A stretch of 64,000 bases of DNA. Source: Trypanosoma brucei. Lineage: Eukaryota. The notes beneath the pieces were generated by a model. The model was not told the origin of the DNA. It worked only from the letters and a program-made list of their open reading frames with translations, and searched no databases. Position 1 is the first letter of the stretch. The number at the start of each line of letters is the position of its first letter. Location: assembly GCA_000002445.1 (NCBI GenBank), contig CM000207.1:1248001-1312000 (forward strand). Reading direction: 5' to 3'. Below are positions 32,736 through 43,296 of this stretch, piece by piece. The translations under genes were made by a program, and so were the position numbers.

Positions 32736-34361
32736 TTAACACACCAAAAGTTCGCAAATCACTGGTGGGTACGGTTCCCTCAGCCGGTCCGACTTACCAG
32801 GCGAAACTTGCGGTAGGGGCGGCCACAAGACACAACCCGGTGCTCGTGTATCACAGAGCTCTAAACCCCCATTCAGCGACACCCAACCCGTCCGCCACGG
32901 CACCAGTGTGAGTGTCAGCGTCGTCATTCCGTTCGGCTCAACAACACCCACGGGAACAGCCAGCGGCCCCGCATACACAAACGCTGGCGCCAGCAGCTCT
33001 GGCCGGACCCGCAATGCTAAATCAACGGTTTGTTGCGTGTGGTGGTTGACGATGGCACACTCAAACTTGACAGGGGTTCCCACTTGCGGTGACGTGGGCT
33101 CCATGTTGGTTACATGCAATTCCAACATCGGATGCCTGGGAAGCTCAAGCTGCACGACACCACTACCGTCTCTTCCACTGTCTCCATTTGGCCGCCTCCA
33201 GTCCCAAACCACGTAACCAACGTCGACAATCCGCGGTGCCACGGCACCTACTTGTTCGGCAAGAGGCATCTGTCCCAACATAAGGGAGCGCACCGCCTCT
33301 GGCCTCATGGTAAACTCAAAGAAATATCTACGTTTGTCCTTCGGACTCAGAAAAACGTCGTCTACTACCTCAATTCCACCGCTCAGGTGGCGCACATTGG
33401 CACCACTTATATCACATTCTTCCGCTTCCCCAGCGGAATTTGATTCGCTGTGCGGTCCCGTGGTCACTTGATTCGCCACTGCACTTTTAGAAGACGACAG
33501 TACTTGAAAAGTCTCCCCAACACGTAGCTCCACATTTTCCACAACAATCGGAACCGTTGCGACATTTTGCAGACATACTGTTAATGCATACCTCCTAGAT
33601 GGAAAAAAGGAATCCGATGACCCAACTGAGGCGCTCGGGCCCTTTTCTTGCAACTGCCTATCATTGTCACCACCTCTGCCAAACGACGCGGGGAGAAGAC
33701 GAAGTGACCGACGAACTTCAATTATCGCATGTTCAACCTCAATCGTCGATGCCCATGTCAGTCGTTTTTGCTCCTTGACAACATCAACACATGTGGCCAC
33801 CACGCTGAGGGTATACTGACCAGGGGATGAGAGGAGATGCTCTACAGTAAAGGAGACGTTTCCCCTGGCTTCAATTGCGGGGCACTCATGGTTTACGAGA
33901 GTCACGTGCCGCACGGATGGTGTGACGATATTAATTCGTATTACTGCTGTTGTTAGAGGATACGCTGCAGCGTTGTGGAAACTTAAGATCGCACGAAACG
34001 GTTGACCAACGAAGTGCTTACCGACTACGGACGGCAGCGAAAGAACGGAACTAACGCCTTGCATTGCCAGTCGTGCCGCCTCGCTTCGTCGCTGGGAAAC
34101 CAATGGATCGCCACTCTGTTTGACCGTCACCAGGGGATGGTGGAGCGGATTAGCGAGAACATCAAAAAGAATATCGCCTTCTTCCACTAGTTCTGGTAGG
34201 GACGACTGGGCCAATTCAGGTTTACGAAGTACTGCTGCCCTGACAGTGAGGGGGTTTGCCAAGATGGCGGGCATGTAATCAGTCGCTGAGAATACAGAAA
34301 CTCCCCCATCCTTTTCTCCCTTAGCCCCGTTGAAAGAGGGTGATACACCGTCTTTTGACAT
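32736..34361 (-). CDS. Hypothetical protein, 541 aa (orphan)
   Basis: Long ORF with balanced composition. No recognisable motif. Confidence 0.65.
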   Translation of the reverse strand: MSKDGVSPSFNGAKGEKDGGVSVFSATDYMPAILANPLTVRAAVLRKPELAQSSLPELVEEGDILFDVLANPLHHPLVTVKQSGDPLVSQRRSEAARLAMQGVSSVLSLPSVVGKHFVGQPFRAILSFHNAAAYPLTTAVIRINIVTPSVRHVTLVNHECPAIEARGNVSFTVEHLLSSPGQYTLSVVATCVDVVKEQKRLTWASTIEVEHAIIEVRRSLRLLPASFGRGGDNDRQLQEKGPSASVGSSDSFFPSRRYALTVCLQNVATVPIVVENVELRVGETFQVLSSSKSAVANQVTTGPHSESNSAGEAEECDISGANVRHLSGGIEVVDDVFLSPKDKRRYFFEFTMRPEAVRSLMLGQMPLAEQVGAVAPRIVDVGYVVWDWRRPNGDSGRDGSGVVQLELPRHPMLELHVTNMEPTSPQVGTPVKFECAIVNHHTQQTVDLALRVRPELLAPAFVYAGPLAVPVGVVEPNGMTTLTLTLVPWRTGWVSLNGGLELCDTRAPGCVLWPPLPQVSPGKSDRLREPYPPVICELLVC

Positions 34362-34808
34362 TGAGATAGCTAATTTTTTTTTTTAAAGCACGTTACCACA
34401 GTGAGAAAATGCACGTCGAGTGGCCGCGTTGAGACAGAAGAAATGCAAGTGTAAGTGTAAGCACATAACACACCAATTATGAATCGCACCAAGAAAAAGA
34501 CGGTGACAGGGGGAGGCTAAAAATAGACACAATCCCAATTAGAAGCAGGTGGTATGCTATGACAAATGCGTGCAGGAGACAGCAATGTTATACCAGTAAA
34601 CTCAGCAAATGAAGAAATGCAAATAAAGGATGTGGCAGTGTATGGAAAGAGGGCGCAAGCGAGTAGGAACGTATCCCTGCCTCCTTGCACTTGATGATTC
34701 GGACGGCACACACAGGAAATTCAATCGTCCATTCGAGGGGTTCTGTGTGCCATCAACTAACTCCACAGCGTATTTCTTCGTTTAGAGAAAGATGAGCAGC
34801 CAAACTTT

Positions 34809-36539
34809 TTACCAATCGTCATCATCGTCGGTTTTACGTTTCGGCGGAAGTTTTCCGGGAGCCGGTGGTGGCGGTGGCGGAGGAGGAGGAGGAGGCGCAA
34901 CCTTTGGTGGCGGTCCCTTCGGCGGTGGCGCTTTCGGAGGGGGTGGTGGAGGTGGCGGTGGTGGAACTCCACCCTTTTGTGGGGGTGCCGGTGCGTTTCT
35001 GTTTATCGCCATACCCTTCGATGGTCCAGAGGCGGGAGGGCGCCTGCCATGATCGTCGTCTTCATCCTCACCGTCAGAGTGCATTCCCAATATCCCTTTG
35101 CGACGATTCGCAAGCAGAGAAGAAAGCGCATCAAGGTTGCTCTTCGTTGCTGGTTTAGGGGCCGGTTTAACATCCGATTTGGCGGCCGGCTTCGCGGGTG
35201 CCTTTGCTTGCCCGGGTGGTGGTGGTGGAGGAGGCGGGGGTGGAGCCGGTGGTGCATTACCAATTGGTAGTCCTTTCGTCGCAGCTGCTCCGGGTAATGA
35301 AGGCATGGGTGGTGGCGCTTTTATTGGTGGAGGGGGTGGCGCCTTCATTTTTCCCGCAAACATTGGTGGCGGCGGCGGGGGTGGTGGTGGCGCTTTACCG
35401 GGTGGTCGCAATCCACCTGGCGGTGGGGGTGGTGGTGGAAGCCCACTTGGCACGAGAGCACGTGAGGACGGGCCACCTGCTGCATCAGGACCTGCGGTAA
35501 TCGCCAATGCCTCCTGACCTTTCTTTTTATTTCGAGTCGACCCACTGCCACTTCCAACTGAATCACCCCTTTCCCCAAGCCGTCGCTGCCCGCTTGGCGC
35601 GATGTTGTCCTGGTCCTCCAAACTGTAGGCATTCCACGCAACCTCCGCAATGCCTTCAAGGGGCAAGTTTTCTGGGAGATCGTCCATCAGATTCGCCACC
35701 TCCTCCATCAGCGGGACGAAGGCGTATTCATCAGTCGACGCTTGGGTCACGTAATCGCGGTGCACATCTGATGTACCAAGTCGCTGCTTGGTGGCTACGA
35801 CACGCTCTTGCCGCTGTTGCGTCAGCACATCCATTTCATGGTACTCTTTGTAGAGGTTCTCCCTAGTATTAAATAATAATAGCGAGCTGACGCTCATGAG
35901 ATGTGCCGGTAGTCTCCCAAGGCCGCGATCCACACCACTATGATAGCGCCACGTCGCACCAAGCGGCATTAAGCTCTTAACTGTTGCCTCCTGCAATGGA
36001 TGCTGCGGTTTCATTAACCGCTGCTCTGCTCCAGGGCAATCAAGGCGACGGACGGGCTTCGGATATGCATCCTCCCCTTCCTGGCCTCCAAGCTGCCATG
36101 GGTCGGAGCCGTTGCCGCTATCGCCCCCGCTACTGCCCACCACTGGTGATGCACCCGAATCATCTGCTTGAATGATTGCTGGCATGACATACGCCCTTTC
36201 TGGCACACAGCCTCGATCCTCACACGGTGCGCGCCCTATTGGAAGCGTGTAGTGTTTTTGTTTTGGAAATCGAACCCTACTCTTCACCACCATCGCCTCC
36301 CTACGTCCTTGAAGCTGCTCGACTTGATCAGCACAAACCGCGATGCGTCCCTGAAGTTGCTCCAGTGTTTCGCGTGACCGCTCAACAGCCTGTTCAATGT
36401 TACCAAAGACACGTTCGCTTGTTTGATCAAGCCGCCCAAGAGCCCTGATGACGGACAGCATCGACGCATACCCACCATTTGTCAAGGGAACCGGCAGAGT
36501 ATACCCATGTATGGGTGTCATAGTGGTCTCCTTGTACAT
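34809..36539 (-). CDS. WASH-like nucleation-promoting factor (WASP/SCAR homolog family) with a poly-Pro region and a C-terminal VCA ending in Trp
   Basis: SVSSLLLFNTRENLYKEY matches the conserved WASH WAHD1 motif (human SSVSSLLLFNTTENLYKKY). Long PPPPPPPP tracts. LANRRKGILG (WH2-like) followed by an acidic DGEDEDDDH stretch and a terminal ...DDDDDW. Confidence 0.7.
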   Translation of the reverse strand: MYKETTMTPIHGYTLPVPLTNGGYASMLSVIRALGRLDQTSERVFGNIEQAVERSRETLEQLQGRIAVCADQVEQLQGRREAMVVKSRVRFPKQKHYTLPIGRAPCEDRGCVPERAYVMPAIIQADDSGASPVVGSSGGDSGNGSDPWQLGGQEGEDAYPKPVRRLDCPGAEQRLMKPQHPLQEATVKSLMPLGATWRYHSGVDRGLGRLPAHLMSVSSLLLFNTRENLYKEYHEMDVLTQQRQERVVATKQRLGTSDVHRDYVTQASTDEYAFVPLMEEVANLMDDLPENLPLEGIAEVAWNAYSLEDQDNIAPSGQRRLGERGDSVGSGSGSTRNKKKGQEALAITAGPDAAGGPSSRALVPSGLPPPPPPPGGLRPPGKAPPPPPPPPPMFAGKMKAPPPPPIKAPPPMPSLPGAAATKGLPIGNAPPAPPPPPPPPPPGQAKAPAKPAAKSDVKPAPKPATKSNLDALSSLLANRRKGILGMHSDGEDEDDDHGRRPPASGPSKGMAINRNAPAPPQKGGVPPPPPPPPPPKAPPPKGPPPKVAPPPPPPPPPPPAPGKLPPKRKTDDDDDW

Positions 36540-36900
36540 GGAATGTCAAAATATGACACTACAGTTCGCAAGCAATGAGGATAGTACGACCACCTTCCGC
36601 CTGGAATTTCTTCGCAAGGTTGGCCCCTCTGGTTCCCCTTTCCGCCAGTGGCAAGCACACATAATATCATCAAAAGATGGTCGGTATGTTAAATTGAGGG
36701 GGGGGGGCAAAGAGAGAGAGAGAGAGCGAGAAAAAAGGGGGAAAAATTAAACATAAATGCTAGCAAACACCCTGCGTTCCAACATGTGAGTCCAACAACG
36801 TTGCACCACAAGACGACAGACGCAAAAATCATTAAAAGGAACAGTTAAGCAGCAGAAAAGTAGAAATGAACGCTCAATCGAGCAAAAGAGCCGTGGTCGT

Positions 36901-37542
36901 TTAGGCCATGATGTTGTATGGGGTGATCTTACCCTTTGGTGTGATCAGCTTCACGTGGAGGCCGCGTTGTTGCAACTTCCCTGCGTCACGTAACTCCTCG
37001 TACTCATTTCGGAGGATGTTTGTGAAGCCCCAATATTTCGATATCACAATGATTTGCCTACCAGGGAACTTCATCTTAGCACGGCGAAGAGACTCCAGTG
37101 CCTGTGGGACGTATGTGTCCTTTGTCCTCATAGACAAGAGGATCTGACCAATCCGCACGCGGGCGCAGGTCCCATTCGGTTTGCCGTACGACTGCCGCAT
37201 GCCCGTCTGCAGACGATCGGCGCCAGCACACGAAAGCATTTTGTTGATGCGAAGTACGTGGAACGGATGGGCGCGGATACGCATGTGGAAACATTCCTTG
37301 TTGGCACGCTTCACCATATACTTGTTAGCCTGAATACGGGCAGCTTCCAATGCCTCAGATGAGATTTGCTCTAGTTCACGGGACACAACATGGACACACA
37401 CGGGGAACTCATCCACTGGCGCACGGCGCTTACCAATGTCGAAGGTGCGAATCCTCGGGTCCGGTACACCACGACAGAAGCGTGACTTAGGATACGGTTT
37501 GTTCTTGCAGAAGCGGTAGCAACGTGCGGGACGGCGAGCCAT
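36901..37542 (-). CDS. RPL10: 60S ribosomal protein L10 (uL16, QM)
   Basis: 213 aa: [29 protein letters not shown]...[28 protein letters not shown]. Canonical QM sequence. Confidence 0.95.
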   Translation of the reverse strand: MARRPARCYRFCKNKPYPKSRFCRGVPDPRIRTFDIGKRRAPVDEFPVCVHVVSRELEQISSEALEAARIQANKYMVKRANKECFHMRIRAHPFHVLRINKMLSCAGADRLQTGMRQSYGKPNGTCARVRIGQILLSMRTKDTYVPQALESLRRAKMKFPGRQIIVISKYWGFTNILRNEYEELRDAGKLQQRGLHVKLITPKGKITPYNIMA

Positions 37543-37560
37543 GACGAATCTTTTGGCCGA

Positions 37561-37640
37561 TCAAACCACTGCAGAAACAAGAAGTATAAGAAAGTACAGA
37601 CAAAGGAAAAAAAGGAAAGATGTGAGGAAAAAGTTATGTT
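37561..37640 (-). promoter_or_regulatory. Polypyrimidine tract (coding-strand sense) upstream of RPL10: candidate trans-splice acceptor region
   Basis: The plus strand is purine-rich (aagaaagtacagacaaaggaaaaaaaggaaag), so it is pyrimidine-rich on the coding strand 20-100 nt upstream of the RPL10 ATG. Confidence 0.5.
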
Positions 37641-37792
37641 AACATCACAATGGATGGAGGATTCACTGTGCACGACTGAGACGGTGGGTCAACATTACGT
37701 GACTCACGTTTAACTTTCAGGCCATTATTTTTAAAAAGGAAATTAAGAAAAAACTTTTCACCTCGGTAATCGCTCACGAAAAGCACTCTCGA

Positions 37793-38359
37793 TCAGTTGG
37801 GATCCATCGTCAGTTCCATGATAGCATTGACGATATCTCCCTTGTTGTTCCGAAGGGCGCGGATTGCTCCAATGCGGTCCGTTTTGCCTTGTGCCATAAC
37901 CACAGCAATCTCCTTATCGTCGAATTCGCCTTCCACAATCTCGACATCGTCGGGAGTCTGTTTGCTCTCAGATGGGGCAGCTGCTGCAGGAGTTTCACCA
38001 GCAAGCTCAGAGGTTTCCTCTCCTGCAGTTCCCACCTCCTCCACAAGGGCGCCAGACACCGCGCGAGCTGCGGCTTCCTGCGTTTGCATCGTTGTGTCGC
38101 CAAGCTGAGCTTCACCAAAGATTAGGAATGTGTTGGTTCCTGGAAAGCGGTACACCTCGGGTTGGTTCACCACAAAAGAGAGCGCCGCACGTTTGCGAAT
38201 GTGTACCTTAGAGATGTTTGGCTCAGGTTTCAAACCCATCTTGGCCATAGCCTTTGCGTAGCGCTTGGATGGCTTGGAAGCCTGTTGAGTGTCAGCAGCT
38301 TCGAGGGTTGGGACCTCGTCGTCTTCCACTGGAGGGTTTTGAACATCGTTAGCGCTCAT
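37793..38359 (-). CDS. NACA: Nascent-polypeptide-associated complex alpha subunit (NAC-alpha), copy 1
   Basis: NAC domain (NISKVHIRKRAALSFVVNQPEVYRF...LIFGEAQLGD) and C-terminal UBA-like IRALRNNKGDIVNAIMELTM. Confidence 0.9.
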   Translation of the reverse strand: MSANDVQNPPVEDDEVPTLEAADTQQASKPSKRYAKAMAKMGLKPEPNISKVHIRKRAALSFVVNQPEVYRFPGTNTFLIFGEAQLGDTTMQTQEAAARAVSGALVEEVGTAGEETSELAGETPAAAAPSESKQTPDDVEIVEGEFDDKEIAVVMAQGKTDRIGAIRALRNNKGDIVNAIMELTMDPN

Positions 38360-38760
38360 CGTGATGGTCCGGGTTACTGTTCAGATTGGATGTAGCGAAA
38401 GAAATGTAAGAAGGGAAAAGAAAAGTTGAAATGCGCATAAAACAGGGAGGGAGAAATCTAAAAGCAGACACGCAGAGAAAAACGAAGGAATGAGGCGAAT
38501 GTAGTAGCACAAACATTTTTATAATTTTTGTATCACTTACTCTTTTCTGTTATCACTGTATATTGTTCTCGCACATTCTTTCCTTCGTAACTTACAAGCA
38601 GGTGGCCACGGAAACACTCCTAGGCAGAACCCCACAAATCACTTCTGAGAGTCCACTTCAAATCTCATATTTTTTTCTTACAGTTTTCATTTCCCTCCAT
38701 CCCCCTTATGTCCTTATTGGGGGTTTCACTTACACTGTTGCTCACGAAAAGCACTCTCGA

Positions 38761-39327
38761 TCAGTTGGGATCCATCGTCAGTTCCATGATAGCATTGACG
38801 ATATCTCCCTTGTTGTTCCGAAGGGCGCGGATTGCTCCAATGCGGTCCGTTTTGCCTTGTGCCATAACCACAGCAATCTCCTTATCGTCGAATTCGCCTT
38901 CCACAATCTCGACATCGTCGGGAGTCTGTTTGCTCTCAGATGGGGCAGCTGCTGCAGGAGTTTCACCAGCAAGCTCAGAGGTTTCCTCTCCTGCAGTTCC
39001 CACCTCCTCCACAAGGGCGCCAGACACCGCGCGAGCTGCGGCTTCCTGCGTTTGCATCGTTGTGTCGCCAAGCTGAGCTTCACCAAAGATTAGGAATGTG
39101 TTGGTTCCTGGAAAGCGGTACACCTCGGGTTGGTTCACCACAAAAGAGAGCGCCGCACGTTTGCGAATGTGTACCTTAGAGATGTTTGGCTCAGGTTTCA
39201 AACCCATCTTGGCCATAGCCTTTGCGTAGCGCTTGGATGGCTTGGAAGCCTGTTGAGTGTCAGCAGCTTCGAGGGTTGGGACCTCGTCGTCTTCCACTGG
39301 AGGGTTTTGAACATCGTTAGCGCTCAT
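38761..39327 (-). CDS. NACA: NAC-alpha, copy 2 (identical tandem duplicate)
   Basis: Translation identical to 37793..38359. A ~695 bp duplicated block with a 968 bp period. Confidence 0.9.
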   Translation of the reverse strand: MSANDVQNPPVEDDEVPTLEAADTQQASKPSKRYAKAMAKMGLKPEPNISKVHIRKRAALSFVVNQPEVYRFPGTNTFLIFGEAQLGDTTMQTQEAAARAVSGALVEEVGTAGEETSELAGETPAAAAPSESKQTPDDVEIVEGEFDDKEIAVVMAQGKTDRIGAIRALRNNKGDIVNAIMELTMDPN

Positions 39328-40333
39328 CGTGATGGTCCGGGTTACTGTTCAGATTGGATGTAGCGAAAGAAATGTAAGAAGGGAAAAGAAAAGTTGAAAT
39401 GCGCATAAAACAGGGAGGGAGAAATCTAAAAGCAGACACGCAGTGGATAAATAATGTAAAGGAAGATGTGTATGCATGTAGATAAATTCGCTGATTCAAA
39501 TGTAAATATATAAGCAGAGGAAATTCCCCCTCCCTCTCCCCCGATTATAGCTGTCGTTGTCTCGTTTGTGGGATCATGCCGTAGATTGCGTTTGCAGGAC
39601 AAACACCCCTCATGCTTTTCATGAATGCAGCACTAGTCTTGTTATTATTAATATATATATATATATTGCATTCACAGCACAGGCAGGAACCAGGGTAAGA
39701 AATTTACTGATGCCAATGCTACAACATGACTAACTCGCCAAAGGTGAAACAACAGCATTTACCCCCCTTTTTGCTTCGCTCTCCTGCGTCGTCGTACTTC
39801 CCAGCATCTTTCCCGCTGCACGCCAATCGACTACCAATACGGGCGATGGTGTTGGAAAATAACTACAGAGGAATTCCCCTATTTACACGTTACTTAAACT
39901 GCGTTCGTGCCGCTGACCGTCATGATGAAGAAAAAAAATGTGTGCATTGTGTCACCGCTCCCAATGTATGTAGTGAAGTGTAACCGCCAACAACGAAACG
40001 TCAAACGAATGACTTGCTAACAGTGAAGAGAGTAGGATTTCATTCCGCCGCGAAGCCTTTTTTTCTTCTTCGTAGGGAAGATGATCGACACCAAAATATA
40101 TATAAATAAAGGATGCATGTTGAAAAGCGCATGCAACGCGTACTGCACGGCACTTAGGTACTATTGTATGGAAAACATCTGTTCCCCATAGACAACAGTT
40201 CCAGGAGGGGGAAACCGTCTGACGCGATCCAAGTTGTTCTTGACGCGCAGATGTCTATTCGTTCGCTTCACGTAACATTTATGTAGTTTTCACCTCACTG
40301 TGGAGGTACTCAGACAACAATGCAGAGAACACA

Positions 40334-40335
<2 letters not shown>

Positions 40336-40368
<33 letters not shown>
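40336..40368. repeat. (AT)16 microsatellite
   Basis: Direct reading of the sequence. Confidence 0.95.
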
Positions 40369-40371
<3 letters not shown>

Positions 40372-40411
40372 ACTCTTTATTACTGCAACGTAAAATTTAA
40401 AGTGGCCATGA

Positions 40412-41704
40412 TCACACCACTTCATCAGCCCCCCGTTTCCTCTGCTGATGTTCGCCCGGTACTGTTTCACACCTAAAGCTGTTAGATGCACCCGTGTTGC
40501 GTGGAGACAGTGGTGTGGTTGCCCCACGTTCAGCATCGTCTTCCTCATTCGCAACCCCAAACAACATGGCTTCGTATACCCGAGATGCGGTGCAAAACAT
40601 GATGACTGATGCAAGAAATAAGGAGATAAAGATGACTTGTATGGGTATCACCGCAACAGCTGCTGAAGGATTAAAGCCGTCAGTCCATTTGTTAATCTCA
40701 ACATTGGCTTTTGCCGCAATCATGCATGCCACATATATCATACTGCTGTAAACCACGAAAAGAAACGCAGAGGTACTCTTCTGAGATGCTTGCTGGTTTG
40801 GCTGCTCCACTTTGCTACAGATCATGCAGAAACATAAGTGAAGCAGTGCCTTCAAACCAAGACACGCAATGAGTGGGGAGAACACAATCCAGAAGGAAAG
40901 TGGTTCGTCCTTACTTTCCTCACTCTTTTGCATAGCACGAAGCATTAGAAGCGTGAAGAAGGCAATAGCACACCCCTCCTCAAATAACACCATGACAACA
41001 AACAGACAATATTTCTTGCGCGAAAACGTCACCTCTCCACTGCCATCTTCGGAATTCTGCACAAACCTTGACGGGAACAGATGAGGTATGATATGAAGGA
41101 CACGCACTGCGTAAAACGCTATGGCCGGCGAAAGGGCAACAGGCCATGACAGCGCACCGCACAACCCAGCAACGAATGTTGCAATACTACCAACGAATAG
41201 TAGGATTTCAACCCCGACACATACACATAAAAAGTCCAACTGTTTGATTCCAGCAGCCAACAAACCTAAAGCGAGTAATATGGGGGGTGCCAGGGCAATC
41301 CAAAGAGGAATAAACACCACGGGCCATTTCCAACTCAATTCGTAGTCCAATCGAACAACAACAAGCTCTAACTGGAGTAACAGCAGTAGTATCAACATCA
41401 TAACAAGGAAACACAGGAAACGGAAGGCGGACGGGTTCACAGGTACGTTCATTTCATTAAGTTTGTTTAGGGTAGCAACGCCCTCCCTTCCAAAGGTGTT
41501 GTACGTGCGTCGTTGCTGCTCATCGCTAAGGATGCTGTACGCCTCTTGCAAACGAGTGAACTGCTCTGTGGTTGTGCCATCCGTTTTATCGGGGTGAAGA
41601 ATGAGTGCTAGTCGATGGTACGCACGCTTAATTTCCTGTGGCGTGGCATTTTCGTTCACTTCCATAAGTGTGTACAGAGAGCCACTGCATTTTCGACCCA
41701 GCAT
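40412..41704 (-). CDS. DnaJ (J-domain) multipass transmembrane protein
   Basis: N-terminal J domain (YTLMEVNENATPQEIKRAYHRLALILHPDKT, HPD motif) followed by ~8 hydrophobic helices. Confidence 0.8.
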   Translation of the reverse strand: MLGRKCSGSLYTLMEVNENATPQEIKRAYHRLALILHPDKTDGTTTEQFTRLQEAYSILSDEQQRRTYNTFGREGVATLNKLNEMNVPVNPSAFRFLCFLVMMLILLLLLQLELVVVRLDYELSWKWPVVFIPLWIALAPPILLALGLLAAGIKQLDFLCVCVGVEILLFVGSIATFVAGLCGALSWPVALSPAIAFYAVRVLHIIPHLFPSRFVQNSEDGSGEVTFSRKKYCLFVVMVLFEEGCAIAFFTLLMLRAMQKSEESKDEPLSFWIVFSPLIACLGLKALLHLCFCMICSKVEQPNQQASQKSTSAFLFVVYSSMIYVACMIAAKANVEINKWTDGFNPSAAVAVIPIQVIFISLFLASVIMFCTASRVYEAMLFGVANEEDDAERGATTPLSPRNTGASNSFRCETVPGEHQQRKRGADEVV

Positions 41705-41720
41705 CTTTACACTTTTTGGT

Positions 41721-41744
41721 TATATATATATATATATATATATA
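41721..41744. repeat. (TA)12 microsatellite
   Basis: Direct reading of the sequence. Confidence 0.95.
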
Positions 41745-43296
41745 GTGTTACACCCTATCTTCCTCTCCTACGCCGTTGCTCAATCGAACACAACTTAGCG
41801 GAATAATATTCGCTGTCACGAAAGAACAGGAGCTCCCCCCTTTTTTTTTGCTTCAGTTGTCACTGCGCCCGTGCTATCGTGTCCGTGTCCGTGTCCGTCA
41901 GTAAGGCTCAAGACAAGATAAACAAAACGTGCCTAAGTATTTATGTATTTACTTGCCCACTATAAATATAAATATATATATTTATATTCCCTTTTCCCTT
42001 TTCCCTTTCTGCCAGAATGTTCTCTCACGGAATTAGTCAATATTCTGCTTCGTATTCTTTCATTAAATTAAAAGATGCAGGGGACAAAGGAAGAAAAAGA
42101 GACAAAAATTAAATATTGCGGTATTCATAGTAAAGAAATGGATAAGAATTGTGAAGGTAATGACGTCAATAATACACCGACAGCACATAGTTGTGCATTG
42201 GAAGCTGTTGAAAACAAAAACCTGAGTAACATGAACGGAGATACGGAAGATCGAAGGGTGAGAACAAAAAAAGCCAGGGGGGGGGAAGAAAAAGAAAAAA
42301 AACAAAAAAAAAGATAAAGATAAAAAAAACTTTAAATGAAAGGTAAAAAAAAAGAAAAAATGAGAAGGTAAATGAATAACCGGCAAAAGAAAATACCTAA
42401 GCTCAACCGGAGGCGCTCTATTTTGCTTTTTTTTCTTTTTACAGTAAGCTACTGAGATCATACCTCCCTAGTTTTTGTTAAAGGTGAAAAAAGGGGGGAC
42501 AAGGAAAGCGGTTAATGGAAGGAAAGAAAAGATTTAAGAAGAAAATGGTAGTACCAAAATATCTCACATACTCAAAAAAAAAAAAAAGAAAATTCTAAAA
42601 GAACGGAAGCCAATCATAGAAAAGGGAAGGAGCAAAGAAGAAGAATAGAAGTTGTATAGTGAACAACCGGTGGTAGAAGTGCTCACACTGCCATGTTTTA
42701 TTTTCCTTGTGGGCGGCGACCCAACCAACAACCCATGTGTTTGCGAATGAAACAACAAAAGCACAAACAGTTAAAAAGAAAAGGAAAAAAAAAAGCATAA
42801 ACACACAAACATAAATATATACACATACATAAAAGCATGGTCATTTAATTTTCATTCGCACGTCTAAATTATGCTCTCCATCTCCTATCTCCTTCCCCGT
42901 ATTTCATGTGAGTTGGGCCCACAAAAGAAAAAAAGAGAGATCATTGGTTTCGTTCCTTACTCCCCTGTTGAGCAAAAGCCTAGTTGTCATCCGTAATAAT
43001 AGAGCAATTCTTCACTTATACGCCTTTTTCAAATTACACAACCACACTGTTTGGTTGCATTTCTTCCTTCCTTCTTCTTTTCTTTTCTTCTTCCTTCGAT
43101 TTGGTTACCCATTCCCCCATAAGACATAAAGTGTGATAATGATCTTGTATTGATGAAACGACAGTAGCGCCTGTAACCCTTTCCATTTTTCTCTTTTTTT
43201 CTTTTTTATTGCAAACTTAGAGCTTTAAACAACCGAGAGTGAATGCACACAAACGCGCTTATACGGACATACACCACCATGCGAGCATTGACGCAT

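Noticed and set aside
34792-35517. Gly-rich plus-strand ORFs (86 aa and 139 aa) overlapping the WASH gene
   Set aside because: They are antisense translations of the poly-Pro (CCN)n coding region, which reads as poly-Gly on the opposite strand. Artefact.
42063-42461. 132-aa minus-strand ORF and 80-aa plus-strand ORF in the 41.8-43.3 kb gap
   Set aside because: They derive from a poly-A/poly-T-rich spacer (FFFFFF runs). No coding signature.
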